Shown: one piece after another, positions 22,101 through 31,166 of the stretch
How the letters are laid out: each line of letters starts with the position of its first letter
How positions within the stretch are numbered: the first letter of the stretch is position 1
Source: a virus
Taxonomy: Duplodnaviria > Caudoviricetes
DNA length: 51,336 nt
Reading direction: 5' to 3' (one strand)
IMG/VR virus record: IMGVR_UViG_3300027672_000019
Span: 1 to 51,336 of that record
The notes under the pieces: generated by a model
Database searches by the model: none
What the model was told of the DNA's origin: nothing
Seen by the model: the letters and a program-made list of their open reading frames with translations, nothing else
Translations under genes and position numbers: made by a program

Positions 22101-25100
22101 TAGTTGGAAGCAAGCAAAGGATTCTAACTACAGAGGTAATTTCGACAACACTTACTCTTATATAATAGGAAGTGTAGTTGCACAAAATAATGCACTATGG
22201 AAAGCAAAAACTAACGTAGCAGTTAATGCAGCAGCTCCAAGTGCTTCAAATAACTCTTGGGAAAGTATTACTACTGATGTTGATTACTTAGGATACTTGC
22301 CAAACTTAACTGCAAATGCATTTTACAATGAAAACGTATTTGATCCTATTGAAAATATAGTAGAGTTTAGTAAGAGTTTTGATATTAGTAGTGATGCACA
22401 AGTTCTAGTTGTAACAAGTAAACAACAGACGGTAGCCAGTACATCAAATATAACACTTGCAATTTACCGTGCAGTTGGTGAAAAGTTCCAATTATCTCAA
22501 ACAATAACAGCGCCTGACGATGTTACAGGATGGGGCGACAAAGTTAGTTTAAATCCTGAAGGAACACAATTTGCAGTAAGCTCAATGCGAAATGATAATA
22601 CTAAAGCTAATCAAGGTGTTGTGTATGTTTATACACAAGCAGCCGGCACATTTACTTTAACACAAACACTAACTCCGCCAAACAACGAAGAAAGCGAAGG
22701 CTTTGGATTTGGATTATCATACGGAACTGATAACTTAGTTGTATCAAGTTTAAATGGTGATCAAACAATTCCAACTACGTTTGACGTTACTACATTTACA
22801 ACAACAGACGATACAGCAACTACGTTTGATAACTTGTTTACAAACTTTAGAAATATCAAACTTGATAAAGGAGCTGTATATGTTTACGAAAATATTAATA
22901 GTAACTTAATATATTCAGAGCAGTTTACATATCCGTTAACACAAACTACGTTTGGCGAGAACATTTATACTAACGGAAACCATGTTTATATTGGAATGCC
23001 AGATCAACTTGTAGGAGCAATAGACGGCGCCACTCCAAGTGATGACGTTGCTGGATACAAAGGTGCATTAGTTGACTTTAGAAAAAATGCAACTACGTTT
23101 GCCTGGAGTGTTGTTAATGAAGGCATAACCCCAGTTGATGTAGATAATATTCGCGGAGCGTTCTTATACAACAAGCGTGAAAATTCCATTGTAAGTTATA
23201 TTGATTACATTGATCCAGTACAAGGTAAAATTGCTGGCCCAGCTGAGCAAGAAATTACATTTAAAACTCCGTACGATCCTGCTGTATATAACACAGGAGC
23301 AACTGCTGATAATACAGTTGATCCTAATAGAGCATGGTGCGAAACACATGTTGGACAAGTTTGGTGGAACATTAGTGTTGCTAAATTTGCACATGCTTAC
23401 CAAGGGTCAACAACATTCCAAAAAAACACATGGAATAAACTAATTCCTGGAGCAAGGATAGATGTGTTTGAATGGGTCGAAAGTAGTTTTATTCCAAGTA
23501 TTTGGGATAGTGTAGCTGATACCCCTAATGGACTTACAGCTGGAATTAGTGGTGTAAGTTTATTTGGAGATAGCAAGTATTCAACTAAAATAGTGTATGA
23601 TGATATTAGTCAGACGTTTAGTAACTTGTATTACTTTTGGGTTGTTAATAAAGTTACAATTCCTGTATTAGAAAACAGAAAGTTAAGCATTAGCGATATT
23701 GCAGCACTTATTGAAAATCCAAGAACACAAGGTTATCCATTCTTAAGTTTACTTTCAGATAATAAATTTGTTCTTAATAACTTTGATACATTTGTTGATA
23801 ACGATGATTTAGTTTTGAATATTAAATATTCAACGGGTCCTAAGAAAACACAAAATCTGCACAGTCAGTACAAGTTAATATCAGATGGATTAAGTACAAG
23901 TAAACCTGACCCAGATATTGAACGTAAATGGTTTGATAGTTTAATTGGCTTTGATGACAATAACAGAACTGTTCCTGATCCTACTATAACACTTAAAACT
24001 CGCTATGGTGTACAAAATCGCCCAAGACAGAGTATGTTTGTAAATAGATTTGAAGCATTAAAGCAAACCATTGAAAGAATAAATTTAAAATTAACTGAAC
24101 ACCTTATAGTTGATGAATATAATCTTACAGCATTAACAAAGAAAGATGCTGAGCCTACATTATTGTCAAGACAATATGATTTAACATCAGCTACAGTAGC
24201 AGAACTTACATATGTAAGTACAAACAAAATTACTTCTGCTATACTAACACCTATTATTACTAATGGTAGAATATCTAGAGTTGATATTGTCGATGCGGGA
24301 CGTGGCTACAAAGTTGCTCCTACTTTTACAATTAATGGAACTGGCACAGACGCTGAATTTGATATTACTATTAATAACTTAGGACAAATAACAGCAGTTG
24401 TTATTGTTAACAGCGGAAAATTATACAATAGTAGTACTACTATTACAGTTAGACCAGTTACAGTGCTAGTAACAGCAGACGAAACTATACAAAATAAATG
24501 GGCGTTATATTCATGGAACGGCATTGCTTGGTATAGAAGAAAACTTCAAAGTTATAATACAAATTCATATTGGCATTATATTGATTGGTATGCAACTGGA
24601 TTTAACCAGTTTACAAATATTAACGACACTATTGCAGGATCATATCAGCTACCAAGTTTAAATAATGCTATTGGCCAAATTGTAAAAATTGAAATAGTTG
24701 GTACAGGTGGATGGCTATTATTACAAAAAATAGATGATGTAGACACTGAAGACTACACAGTTAACTATAATACAATTGGACGTCAAAACGGAACAATACA
24801 ATTTAAAGATACATTGTATGACTACTCAAAGAACACTATAGGATTTGATAACCGCAGCTTTGATAGTAATTTTTACGACAATAATCCAAGTGTTGAGTTA
24901 AGAAGTATACTTGAAGCAATTAGAGACGATATCTTTATAGGCAATTTATCTGTAGAATATAATCAATTGTTTATGGCAGCACTACGATATGTAATGTCAG
25001 AACAGCAAGCAGTTGACTGGATGTTTAAAACTAGTTTTGTAAAATCTAAGCACAACAGAGGTTCGTTAAGTACACAGGATTTAACATTTAATAATGATAA

Positions 25101-28100
25101 TCTTTCAAGCTACCAAGACTTTGTTGAAGAGTTTAAGCCTTACTCAACAAAGATAAGAGAATTTGTTAGTGATTATGCTGGACTTGAGCCTACTAATAGT
25201 TCTATTAGTGACTTTGATTTACAGCCACAGTATGATAAAACAACTAAGAAAATTAATGCAAGTAGTGCAAAGATTATTGATAATATTATTACTGATCAGA
25301 ATCTTAACACAGCAGTATATCCACGTAAAAACTGGAAAGATAATCACGGATACCAAATAACTCAAGTTAAAATTGGTGATGCTGGCTCTGGCTTTACATA
25401 TGAACCTACTGTACTATTTTCAGGAGGCGGCGGCACAGGAGCAGTTGCTAAAGCATACTTAGGATATGGAAAAGTTACTAGTATTGTAGTAACTAATCCA
25501 GGTAGTGGATACACTAGTGCCCCTACTATTACTATATCAGGCTCGCAAGTAACTGGAAGTACTCCGACAAAGGCGACAGCAGTATTAGGCAACGGTTTAG
25601 TAAGAAGCCCAAGTGTTAAAATTAAGTTTGACAGAACAAGTGGAGCATTTACTTTTAGTTCTTTAGCTAAGTCAGAGACATTTACAGGTACTGGATTTGA
25701 AGCAAGATTCTTCCTTGAATGGCCAATGGATCTTAACCTTACAAAAGTAAGTGTTTACATTGACAACATATTACAACTGCGTAGTAAATATACTTTTGTA
25801 AATGTTGATGACACCACAAAGTCTTATACTAGAGAGCAAGGTAAGGTTATATTTGTAACTCCGCCAAAACTAAATGCAGTTATAAAAATAGATTATAATA
25901 TACCATTAAGTATGTTGAACGCATCAGACAGAACCCAGCTTGCATACAAGCCAATAGCAGGTATGTATGGTAATGATTTAGCACAGCTAATGACTGGAAT
26001 TGATTACGGCGGCGTTGAAGTACGAAGCTTTGACTTTGCTGGCCCTAGTGGATTTGATACAGCAGGTTGGTACACCGATACATGGGACACATATGATAAT
26101 ACGTTTGAAGATGAAGTCTTTACAGCAGACGGATCAACAATTGCAGTACAGTTAAGTGCTCCGCTCGAAGATGGTGTTGTTTATAATCTTTATAAAAACG
26201 GCGTAAGAATTGACGATCCTAACTTTAGTTTAGGATCAGCAACTAATGTAAATGCTATTGCAAATAGTATTACGGGTGACGGCACAACTGATATAATTTA
26301 TGTACAAGACCTAGAAATAAGTTTATTAGATGGTGATATATTTGTTGTAAGAAAGACTTCCAGTGACGGTAGTATACAGCCTGATGTAACTAGTTATGAT
26401 ACGGCGATTAGTGGAGGCGACTTAGCATATGCAACTGCTAAAGGAATAACAGCAGAAGAAATTATTATAGACGGCGATGGTTTTGTTACTCCTACAACAA
26501 GTAGCGGTCCTGAAGAAGTAGTTCCTGGACAAGTACTTGACACGCTTGATATTAAAGTGTTTACAAGAGATAGTGCAGGACAAGGCATTATTAATAGCCA
26601 AAGTTATACAATGAAAAACACAAATACTTACAATTTAGGTGTAACACCTAATAGCAGTGACGCAGTTATTGTAAAAGTTAGTAACGTTATACTACCACAG
26701 ACTGATTATACAATTAATTGGGTAGCTAATACAATAACATTGGCTACAGTAGTTCCAGGAGCAGAACTTAGTATTGTAACAGTTGCCCAAGGCACCCAAA
26801 ACATATTAGACTTTGGTCAATCTATGGGAGACGGCAATAGGACTGAATTTGAAACAACAGTTGATTGGGAAACTGGAGCAAGTGTATATGCTAGTATTAA
26901 CGGAGTACAACAAACAGTTGATGCATTTAAATCAGAGACTGGACCTAAGACAGTTATTAGATTTAGTACAGCGGTACCCGTCGAAGGAGTAATTAACTAT
27001 ACTGTATTTGCATCAGATACACAAATTAATTATAGCCAAATTACTAAAGATACGTTTACTGGCGATGCAGCAACAACAGTGTTTACACTAGCAAATGCAC
27101 CGTTGTATTCAACCCCTACAGAACATAATGTTATTGTTAAGGTAGATAACAAAATATTAAATGCAGGATATAATGTACAATATACAATACCAGCATCAGT
27201 TCAGCGTGAATTTGCATTAGAGATATTCCAAATGCCACAAGGTAGTTTAAATGTTTCTGACATTAAAGTACTATTAAACGGTACAGAAATTACAACTCCA
27301 ACACAATGGCGTTTTGAAAATGCAAATAGTAGTATTACACTAGCTGACGAAATTGGAGTAGCTGGTGACTTGCTTGAAATGTATGTAATTACAGATGGTG
27401 AATACAGAGTTACAGGAACTACAGTTACTTTAGACACAGCTCCAGTTGCTGGCGCTGTTATTGAAGTAATAAAGTTTACTAATCATAATTTACTAAAAAT
27501 TGAACGTACAAATTACGAAGTTGTTTCAAGATCAACATTAACAGAAGCAGATGTTGATTACGTTACTTACAATAGATTAACAGTTGGCGAAATAACGTTG
27601 CGCAAACCAGCAGCAGATGCTCAGTATGTTTGGGTTAGCGTAAACAACGAGCTGTTATCACCGAGTGTAGACTATTATATTACCGACGATAAGAAAAAGG
27701 TGCAATTAGTACGTCAGCCAGCGGCTGATGATGTTATAGATATTATTCACTTCACTGCTGATATTAGTGTACCTAAATTTGCTTATAGACAGTTTAAGGA
27801 TATGCTTAATAGAACACACTTTAAACGCTTAGAAAAAAGTACAGCTAGGTTAGCACAACCATTAAATTATTACGATCTAAGAGTTGAGTTAGATGATGCA
27901 AGCGCATTGTCAGAACCGAATAAAGCGCAAAATTTACCAGGTGTAATCTTTATTGACGGCGAGCGTATTGAGTACTTTGTAAAAGAAAGTAATACACTGC
28001 GCCAACTACGTAGAGGAACATTAGGTACTGGAGTTAAGAATACTTACACATTAAATACTAAGGTATACGATCAGAACATAAGTAAGACTGTTCCGTATAA

Positions 28101-28473
28101 AGATAGTACATTGGCATATAATGCTACAGCAGACGGTGTTATAAGTGCGTTTACAGTTAGTTACCCTGTAGCATCGATTAATGAAATTGAAGTATTTGTT
28201 GCAGGAGCACGTATGCGTAAGACAACATTAGATGTGTTTAACCCTGTAACAGCATTAGATAGCCCAGAAGGCGACACTACTGTTGTAGCAGACTTTACAT
28301 TTGATGCTAATACTAATGCAATCACATTACTAGCAACACCTGCAGAGAATACAAAAGTAACAGTAGTGAAAAAAGTAGGACAAAGTTGGACAACTTTCGG
28401 AGAATCACTGGGTGATACAGAAAATAGTATTGCAAGATTCTTACGTGCAGGAACATCTGAGCTACCTGAATAA
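13153..28473 (+). CDS. Giant (5106 aa) baseplate/adhesion protein, gp7-like position
   Basis: Single uninterrupted ORF coupled to gp6 (TAATG). N-terminal DFLPKFFRT...KFL resembles gp7-like wedge proteins. Contains CBM5/12-like repeats, FG-GAP-like propeller repeats, V-x-x-x-G-x-G-Y-x-x-x-P repeats and C-terminal F-x-G-D-G-x-T-x-x-F repeats. Confidence 0.7.
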   Translation: MAKNDQNESALPVPGQNNKITASDFLPKFFRTQANKKFLQGTLDQLIQPGVAEKVNGYYGRTTAKAYKVTDNYIDDVTADRTNYQLEPATVIKDNYENVTFYKDYNDYLGQLNVFGANTDNHSRLNSQETYAWNPNIDWDKFVNFREYYWMPNGPLSVQVRGQSRDVVSTYTVTTEDQGDNIAYIFNDGLTVNPTLKLYRGQTYRFEINTPGHPLSIALSRTFTPGTTVDTNVSTLYTDGITTFDKDGNATMLSYVEEGTIEFTIPSNAPDILYYISENSIDTSSYIKVYDIEENAFLNVTADIIGKKTYTSANGVALSNGMKVKFQGDVLPAIYETNDWYVEGVGDKIVLIKDQNLIIPAAYSDSKSVAFDADNFDILPFADATAYATNKDYIVINRSTPDRNAWSRYNKWHHKDVILKSFELNKLPRDVDESARALRPIIEFEAGLKLNNFGAYAKQDVDLIDTFTTDVFSTIEGQIGYNIDGVALSDNMRILFAADIDPKVSGKIYNVKFVEIGNVRQISLIETTDTLPIDLETVLITQGVKNAGKSYHYHGAKWTAAQEKTTRNQTPKFEVFDVNGNSFSDTTYYGSTSFSGTEIFSYATGTGTVDKELGFALDYKTLNNTGDIVFDFNLLNDTFHYQTETDLITHKINSGYLKKYKSLTAFSYVNGFSNTPYQSKQYVISEYAATDLQTNKFVIDVYKDSSSLSDLQVIVFVNNKLQIAATSYTLDKTAANVSVLFNTDLKEGDVVKIKTDSKAIKNSNGYYEFPYNLERNPLNDDVNQFTLGEVVDHVDSMLEDIPNYDGVYLGSSNLRDLGDLDRYGKRFVKHSGPINLPLYHVTNKSYNIVKALKYSKREYSRFKKTFLDTALNLGYDGPVKGHVDKILKEINADKLTSQPFYFSDMLPSGAANKLTYTILDIRTTEYPITNNFNLTSLSTESVIVYLNGLQLTHEKDYNFNTAGYISVSSNQKENDLLEIYEYALTDGSFIAPTPTKLGLYPKYYPELTIDDTVLADEPETTGPFKVYAQDEATGTRGWFHPVYTTKIAAGAGATSKSYTFNGMNKIFYIPTTGATLGGNDNVEIVDYPIGVAFIRGHDGSYIKAYKDFRDELLLELEKRIFNNIKAAYSTDRLDVNAFIGGEFRTNEFTKFEIDTTMLGDFQQWIQQNLNNISFTDNNFYDRTNNWTFNYQDTTSPDGNINPGHWRGLYIRAFDTDRPHSHPWEMLGITTKPNWWNTVYGPAPYTGDNLVLWKDLEKGRIADPTNTKIDLKYARPGLTSFIPVDGIGKLLSPLDSRYAKNFQIQSATQNFKFGDAAPVENAWRRNSEYPFAVLTAMLLNKPAKTMSLGFDVSRITKNLAKQWVNTETNAPIVIKDLKLPNTIKSATRTITAGLVNYIYNLVASDILTVYTGYQTELATISNQLGVKVAGFTSKQKFNLILDSRSPTQEQTQGGIFVPQENYQVFLNTSSPTELAIYSGLVVERAELGYVLRGYNLEKPYFEYYEPHIGSTKAVVTVGGISESVNEWSSNTSYVSGEVLLNNSAYYRVINSFTSGASFDLTDIVRLPALPLAGGVTAEFKRDFDFGELKTLQYGARLNTAQEVVDFILGYSQRQAQLGFSFENVIKGSNAVENWASSAKEFLFWTTQGWAKSALIALSPGANLLEFKREYYVVDNIKDEFYGYNIFKADGQFLSSEFNSLLRDQNSFGIQVDGTDEGLYHVSLPLVQKEHVLLIDNKTDFNDSIYNPSTGYRQERIRVNGYRSDGWNGGLNIPGFIYDDASFTDWAQWKDYKIGDIVKYKQYYYVATINATGSQSFNSTNWYQLSEKPESQLMTNFDYKITQFTDFYDLDSDSFDIEQQKMAQHLIGYQKRQYLANIINDDVSQFKFYRGAIADKGTMNVFTKLFDALGNTADNLEFYEEWAIQVGRYGAVDDVQQVEFNLKQDKMQESPQAIELLSSLPATNFDKIYRILPNEVYDKPEGYTHSPFPTKTLANEYIRTAGYVNENSVDFVVNNIIDLAAIDSNQISLGATIWVTDTSTTQGGIINPVDWSVLQLIKTKANITSALTAIARVSESGLQLVELTLDKWADQVLSVGEYISVRGANQYALNGIYEVDSINLDKIQIQVPITNEIIDFEEESFTLSKLRTVRVPTVESLNSFINQELYNKQKLWIDTYGAEWAVLENNPVYLNQHTITNPALYDSTDQGFSDSVAVTQNNNNVFVSSPNDVNGKVSVYRRTREQSELILDQELSLDNDDLYSKTNADFGKSIAVSPDGEYLIIGVPQASSVKTRLAYKTDANTSLSTFDFQSDATYVKSDIVRYRESLWKANREILPQIGSQGFSTFDTYVNIASQADADSTTINLLVSGDPGLQNNITNHLLVRAPKDMYIGTKPGDLLRLAWNRRSYTYPTLANYLPFDGDISEITPEFLDAEHTIVEKIDHVFFVEAFITLPTVGSTVTTDTGAGVVFYVGTRLDSAVIYIKDTNGIFPLTGTLYVNGADVVGDYTEQATVATTNAVGGYWYINTGFNYNNDGTYYDQGRGLVYADIKVSGSARALNVYSNIQETVGTIGVYVTKKNQASYIAQLSYRGDTSLQDGADGAERDLPSNKLVIRGAKTFTDTLTISDVQEFRLYNLDNRVIDLASAGLTYDILNKSQTIVDLWDGYIDFKLTEFDFQGFAFEPQVGDIIEDVQIPRDGQGGLAVTSITTSSAEVVFVQRNFTDVKVYLKIVANTDGTTGDWTELSNIGRFGISRRANVALRGAADVKRTIGTITDVNNSIALGTTLIGKLIVLEHSSNFDISASPTIVDEEYWFFGETTESGISRLPNPPFSLNKDYTQVYNIPADATGTAQTFANEGAYVIYRKLDNGSYRYQTTIISEHRAANRNFGSQVAIVQTGDYYTLLVASNGVTAAGESFDNTGRRTDPGSIEIFRHGTKATDSFKGEYKLTAFEIGDIVTYKDGYYICLKATTVSDNFITDPIYWSNISWKQAKDSNYRGNFDNTYSYIIGSVVAQNNALWKAKTNVAVNAAAPSASNNSWESITTDVDYLGYLPNLTANAFYNENVFDPIENIVEFSKSFDISSDAQVLVVTSKQQTVASTSNITLAIYRAVGEKFQLSQTITAPDDVTGWGDKVSLNPEGTQFAVSSMRNDNTKANQGVVYVYTQAAGTFTLTQTLTPPNNEESEGFGFGLSYGTDNLVVSSLNGDQTIPTTFDVTTFTTTDDTATTFDNLFTNFRNIKLDKGAVYVYENINSNLIYSEQFTYPLTQTTFGENIYTNGNHVYIGMPDQLVGAIDGATPSDDVAGYKGALVDFRKNATTFAWSVVNEGITPVDVDNIRGAFLYNKRENSIVSYIDYIDPVQGKIAGPAEQEITFKTPYDPAVYNTGATADNTVDPNRAWCETHVGQVWWNISVAKFAHAYQGSTTFQKNTWNKLIPGARIDVFEWVESSFIPSIWDSVADTPNGLTAGISGVSLFGDSKYSTKIVYDDISQTFSNLYYFWVVNKVTIPVLENRKLSISDIAALIENPRTQGYPFLSLLSDNKFVLNNFDTFVDNDDLVLNIKYSTGPKKTQNLHSQYKLISDGLSTSKPDPDIERKWFDSLIGFDDNNRTVPDPTITLKTRYGVQNRPRQSMFVNRFEALKQTIERINLKLTEHLIVDEYNLTALTKKDAEPTLLSRQYDLTSATVAELTYVSTNKITSAILTPIITNGRISRVDIVDAGRGYKVAPTFTINGTGTDAEFDITINNLGQITAVVIVNSGKLYNSSTTITVRPVTVLVTADETIQNKWALYSWNGIAWYRRKLQSYNTNSYWHYIDWYATGFNQFTNINDTIAGSYQLPSLNNAIGQIVKIEIVGTGGWLLLQKIDDVDTEDYTVNYNTIGRQNGTIQFKDTLYDYSKNTIGFDNRSFDSNFYDNNPSVELRSILEAIRDDIFIGNLSVEYNQLFMAALRYVMSEQQAVDWMFKTSFVKSKHNRGSLSTQDLTFNNDNLSSYQDFVEEFKPYSTKIREFVSDYAGLEPTNSSISDFDLQPQYDKTTKKINASSAKIIDNIITDQNLNTAVYPRKNWKDNHGYQITQVKIGDAGSGFTYEPTVLFSGGGGTGAVAKAYLGYGKVTSIVVTNPGSGYTSAPTITISGSQVTGSTPTKATAVLGNGLVRSPSVKIKFDRTSGAFTFSSLAKSETFTGTGFEARFFLEWPMDLNLTKVSVYIDNILQLRSKYTFVNVDDTTKSYTREQGKVIFVTPPKLNAVIKIDYNIPLSMLNASDRTQLAYKPIAGMYGNDLAQLMTGIDYGGVEVRSFDFAGPSGFDTAGWYTDTWDTYDNTFEDEVFTADGSTIAVQLSAPLEDGVVYNLYKNGVRIDDPNFSLGSATNVNAIANSITGDGTTDIIYVQDLEISLLDGDIFVVRKTSSDGSIQPDVTSYDTAISGGDLAYATAKGITAEEIIIDGDGFVTPTTSSGPEEVVPGQVLDTLDIKVFTRDSAGQGIINSQSYTMKNTNTYNLGVTPNSSDAVIVKVSNVILPQTDYTINWVANTITLATVVPGAELSIVTVAQGTQNILDFGQSMGDGNRTEFETTVDWETGASVYASINGVQQTVDAFKSETGPKTVIRFSTAVPVEGVINYTVFASDTQINYSQITKDTFTGDAATTVFTLANAPLYSTPTEHNVIVKVDNKILNAGYNVQYTIPASVQREFALEIFQMPQGSLNVSDIKVLLNGTEITTPTQWRFENANSSITLADEIGVAGDLLEMYVITDGEYRVTGTTVTLDTAPVAGAVIEVIKFTNHNLLKIERTNYEVVSRSTLTEADVDYVTYNRLTVGEITLRKPAADAQYVWVSVNNELLSPSVDYYITDDKKKVQLVRQPAADDVIDIIHFTADISVPKFAYRQFKDMLNRTHFKRLEKSTARLAQPLNYYDLRVELDDASALSEPNKAQNLPGVIFIDGERIEYFVKESNTLRQLRRGTLGTGVKNTYTLNTKVYDQNISKTVPYKDSTLAYNATADGVISAFTVSYPVASINEIEVFVAGARMRKTTLDVFNPVTALDSPEGDTTVVADFTFDANTNAITLLATPAENTKVTVVKKVGQSWTTFGESLGDTENSIARFLRAGTSELPE

Positions 28474-28476
28474 ATA
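28471..28476 (+). promoter_or_regulatory. Putative late promoter (TAAATA)
   Basis: TAAATA-cagt-ATAGGA overlapping the stop codon of the giant gene. Same downstream context as the motif at 1296. Confidence 0.55.
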
Positions 28477-28495
28477 CAGTATAGGAAAAAATTAA

Positions 28496-29098
28496 ATGAG
28501 CGATAACATGCAAGATACAAACGGAGTACTAGTTCAGGGACATATTAAGATATTCGACCCTGAATCACAAAAGGTATACATTGACAAGCGCAATGCAATC
28601 CATTACGAGAATATGAGTATTGCACTAGCAGATAGTTTAGCAAACGCTGGACAAGGGTTTATATATGAAATGAGCTTTGGAAACGGCGGAACAAGCGTCG
28701 ACCCAACTGGTATTATTACATATCTAACACCTAACAGCACAGGAACTAATGCAAGTCTATACAACCAAACCTATACTAAAGTTGTTGACGACAGAAGTGT
28801 AAATAATACTGACCCTGCAAGAAATAAACTTGAAACCCGACATGTAGCGGGTACAAATTATACCGATATTGTTGTAAGTTGTTTACTTGATTACGGCGAA
28901 CCAAATGGACAAGATGCATTTGATACTGCAAGTGCAACAGACAGTCCGTATGTGTTTGATGAGTTAGGATTACGTAGCTACAGTGCTGCTGGAACAGGAA
29001 GATTAATGACACATGTTATTTTCCATCCTGTACAGAAGTCGCTTAACAGATTAATACAAATTGACTACACTGTGCGTGTACAAAGTTTGGCAGGGTAA
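28496..29098 (+). CDS. Virion structural protein (baseplate/fibre attachment, gp8-like position)
   Basis: GHIKIFD...KRNAI...FGNGGT...FDELGL...THVIFHPVQKSLNRLIQIDYTVRV resembles fibre-attachment domains of large myophages. Located between the giant wedge protein and the fibres. Confidence 0.55.
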   Translation: MSDNMQDTNGVLVQGHIKIFDPESQKVYIDKRNAIHYENMSIALADSLANAGQGFIYEMSFGNGGTSVDPTGIITYLTPNSTGTNASLYNQTYTKVVDDRSVNNTDPARNKLETRHVAGTNYTDIVVSCLLDYGEPNGQDAFDTASATDSPYVFDELGLRSYSAAGTGRLMTHVIFHPVQKSLNRLIQIDYTVRVQSLAG

Positions 29099-29108
29099 GG
29101 GATAAAAT

Positions 29109-31163
29109 ATGCCATATATAATAAATTACACTGACACTGTTAATAAAGGTACAATAATTGTTGCAGATAATACACTCAACAGTGAAACTACTTTAAGTTT
29201 TCCAGGTAGAGGAACAACAGCATACGGTCAAGCAGTAAATGAAAACTTTCTGCACATATTAGAAAATTTTGCAAACACTACTGCACCGTCGCGTCCAGTA
29301 GAAGGACAGTTGTGGTATGATACAACAGCTGGAGTTGATCAGCTTAAAGTATATGATGGCACAAATTGGGTTGCTAGTGGCGGACTTAAAAAAGCTAGTG
29401 CAGCACCTGCTGTAGCAAACAGTAGTGCAGGTGACTTGTGGGTTAACACAGAAAGTCAGCAGCTATATTTGTTTACAGGTAGTGCTTGGGTATTAGTAGG
29501 ACCAGACTTTAGTGATGGCCTATTAACTGGTGCTACTGCACAAGCAATTGTGGGTATTGATGATGTAACTTATAATGTATTATCTATTAAAGTTGAAGAC
29601 AAACCTGTAATTATTATTAGTAGTCAAACGTTTGTTCCAAAAACATCAATAAAAGGTTTTAGAACTGGTATTAATCCTGGCATGAATATTGCTGATGAAG
29701 CAATTATTGGCGTACAAGCACTAAAATATTACGGAACTGCTGAAAAAGCAGAAGCGTTAGTAGTTGGTAACGTATCAATTGCAGCAAGTAACTTTTTAAG
29801 AGGTAACGCTGCAAGTACAACAGACTATCAATTAAGTGTTAAAAGTAATGATGGTATTAAAGTTGGCACAGGCGGACAATTAAGTTTAGGTATTGACGGC
29901 GAAACTGGCATTATACAACATAATACAAGTGGTTCAAGTATTGATATTAGAATGCGCAGCGGTAACTTAACCCCAACAGTTGTAAGTATTAATAGTGACG
30001 GTAATGTTGGATTTAATAATGCTGCACCTGAGGAATCAATTGATGTTAAAGGTAATATTAAAATATCTCCTAAGACTGGCGTAGCAGAAACTGGCATTTT
30101 ACAAATTACAAGTAATGAAAATTCTTCATCGATTGGCACAGGTAGTATTAGAACTACAGGCGGCATAGGAATTGCACTTAATGCATATGTTGGTGGCGAC
30201 CTTGATGTGGGCGGCATTTTACAAACCGGTAATATTGCACCAGACGGAGCTGGCACAAGAAACATTGGAACATCAGTTAGTAAGTATGATCAAATACATG
30301 CTACAACATTCTTTGGTAATATCCAGGGTAACGTAAGTGGCACAGTTAGTGGCAGAGCAGGTAGTGCAGATAGACTTGCTAGTGCTACAACATTTGCACT
30401 AAGCGGTGATGTTGCACCAAGCAGTTTTGAATTCGACGGACAAACTGGCGGAAGTACAAAAACTTTTGCAGTAAGTATTGCTGACAGTTTTATTAGTAAC
30501 AAGACTGTTACTTACGATGCAGGCAACGCTGACGAATTACTACTAAATGTAACTACTGGTACTACTGGCGTTCGTAGAATTACAAAGCGTAACTTCTTAA
30601 AGACAATTCCACTTGTACCAGCAGGTTCAATGCTGGCATTTGGTGGCGCAGAAGCTCCTACAGGTTGGCTATTTTGTGACGGAACTGAAGTTAGAAAATC
30701 AGACTTTAATACATTATGGTTAGCAATTCAACACAACTTTAAAGATGCTAGTTTAGTATCCGACAGTGGCGTTAGCTACTTTACATTACCAGACTTTAGA
30801 GGCAGAATGGGATTAGGCTTAGACAACATGGGTGGTCCAAGCGCAAACAGAGTATCTGATATTGCTGCTGACGCAATTGGTGGCAACGCAGGCGCAGAAA
30901 CATACACAATTGCAACTGACAATTTACCAGAACACGAACACGACTTAGAAGGCGCAAGTGGTACACAGTTTTACGGTGTTAGAGTTGGAGCTGGCGAACC
31001 GGTTGACGACAATGCAATTGCACTACCAATTGAACCAGGATTAGGTGGCACACAAGGCATTGCATCTAGTGGCGGCATTAAAACAGAAGCAACACTAGGT
31101 ACACCTTTTAATGTTATGAATCCTTTCTTAGCAGTTAACTATATCATCTACACCGGAGAATAA
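29109..31163 (+). CDS. Tail fibre protein with C-terminal phage tail collar domain (gp12/MdpB-like)
   Basis: VPAGSMLAFGGAEAPTGWLFCDG...FTLPDFRGR...G.ET.T....NLPEHEH...NVMNPFLAVNYII. The N-terminal module is shared with the next two genes. Confidence 0.8.
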   Translation: MPYIINYTDTVNKGTIIVADNTLNSETTLSFPGRGTTAYGQAVNENFLHILENFANTTAPSRPVEGQLWYDTTAGVDQLKVYDGTNWVASGGLKKASAAPAVANSSAGDLWVNTESQQLYLFTGSAWVLVGPDFSDGLLTGATAQAIVGIDDVTYNVLSIKVEDKPVIIISSQTFVPKTSIKGFRTGINPGMNIADEAIIGVQALKYYGTAEKAEALVVGNVSIAASNFLRGNAASTTDYQLSVKSNDGIKVGTGGQLSLGIDGETGIIQHNTSGSSIDIRMRSGNLTPTVVSINSDGNVGFNNAAPEESIDVKGNIKISPKTGVAETGILQITSNENSSSIGTGSIRTTGGIGIALNAYVGGDLDVGGILQTGNIAPDGAGTRNIGTSVSKYDQIHATTFFGNIQGNVSGTVSGRAGSADRLASATTFALSGDVAPSSFEFDGQTGGSTKTFAVSIADSFISNKTVTYDAGNADELLLNVTTGTTGVRRITKRNFLKTIPLVPAGSMLAFGGAEAPTGWLFCDGTEVRKSDFNTLWLAIQHNFKDASLVSDSGVSYFTLPDFRGRMGLGLDNMGGPSANRVSDIAADAIGGNAGAETYTIATDNLPEHEHDLEGASGTQFYGVRVGAGEPVDDNAIALPIEPGLGGTQGIASSGGIKTEATLGTPFNVMNPFLAVNYIIYTGE

Positions 31164-31166
31164 CAA

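Noticed and set aside
13153-28473. Intein, intron or stop-codon recoding explaining the giant ORF
   Set aside because: No Hint or homing-endonuclease motifs were noticed. The ORF is open in the standard code, and TAA, TGA and TAG all serve as stops elsewhere in the window.
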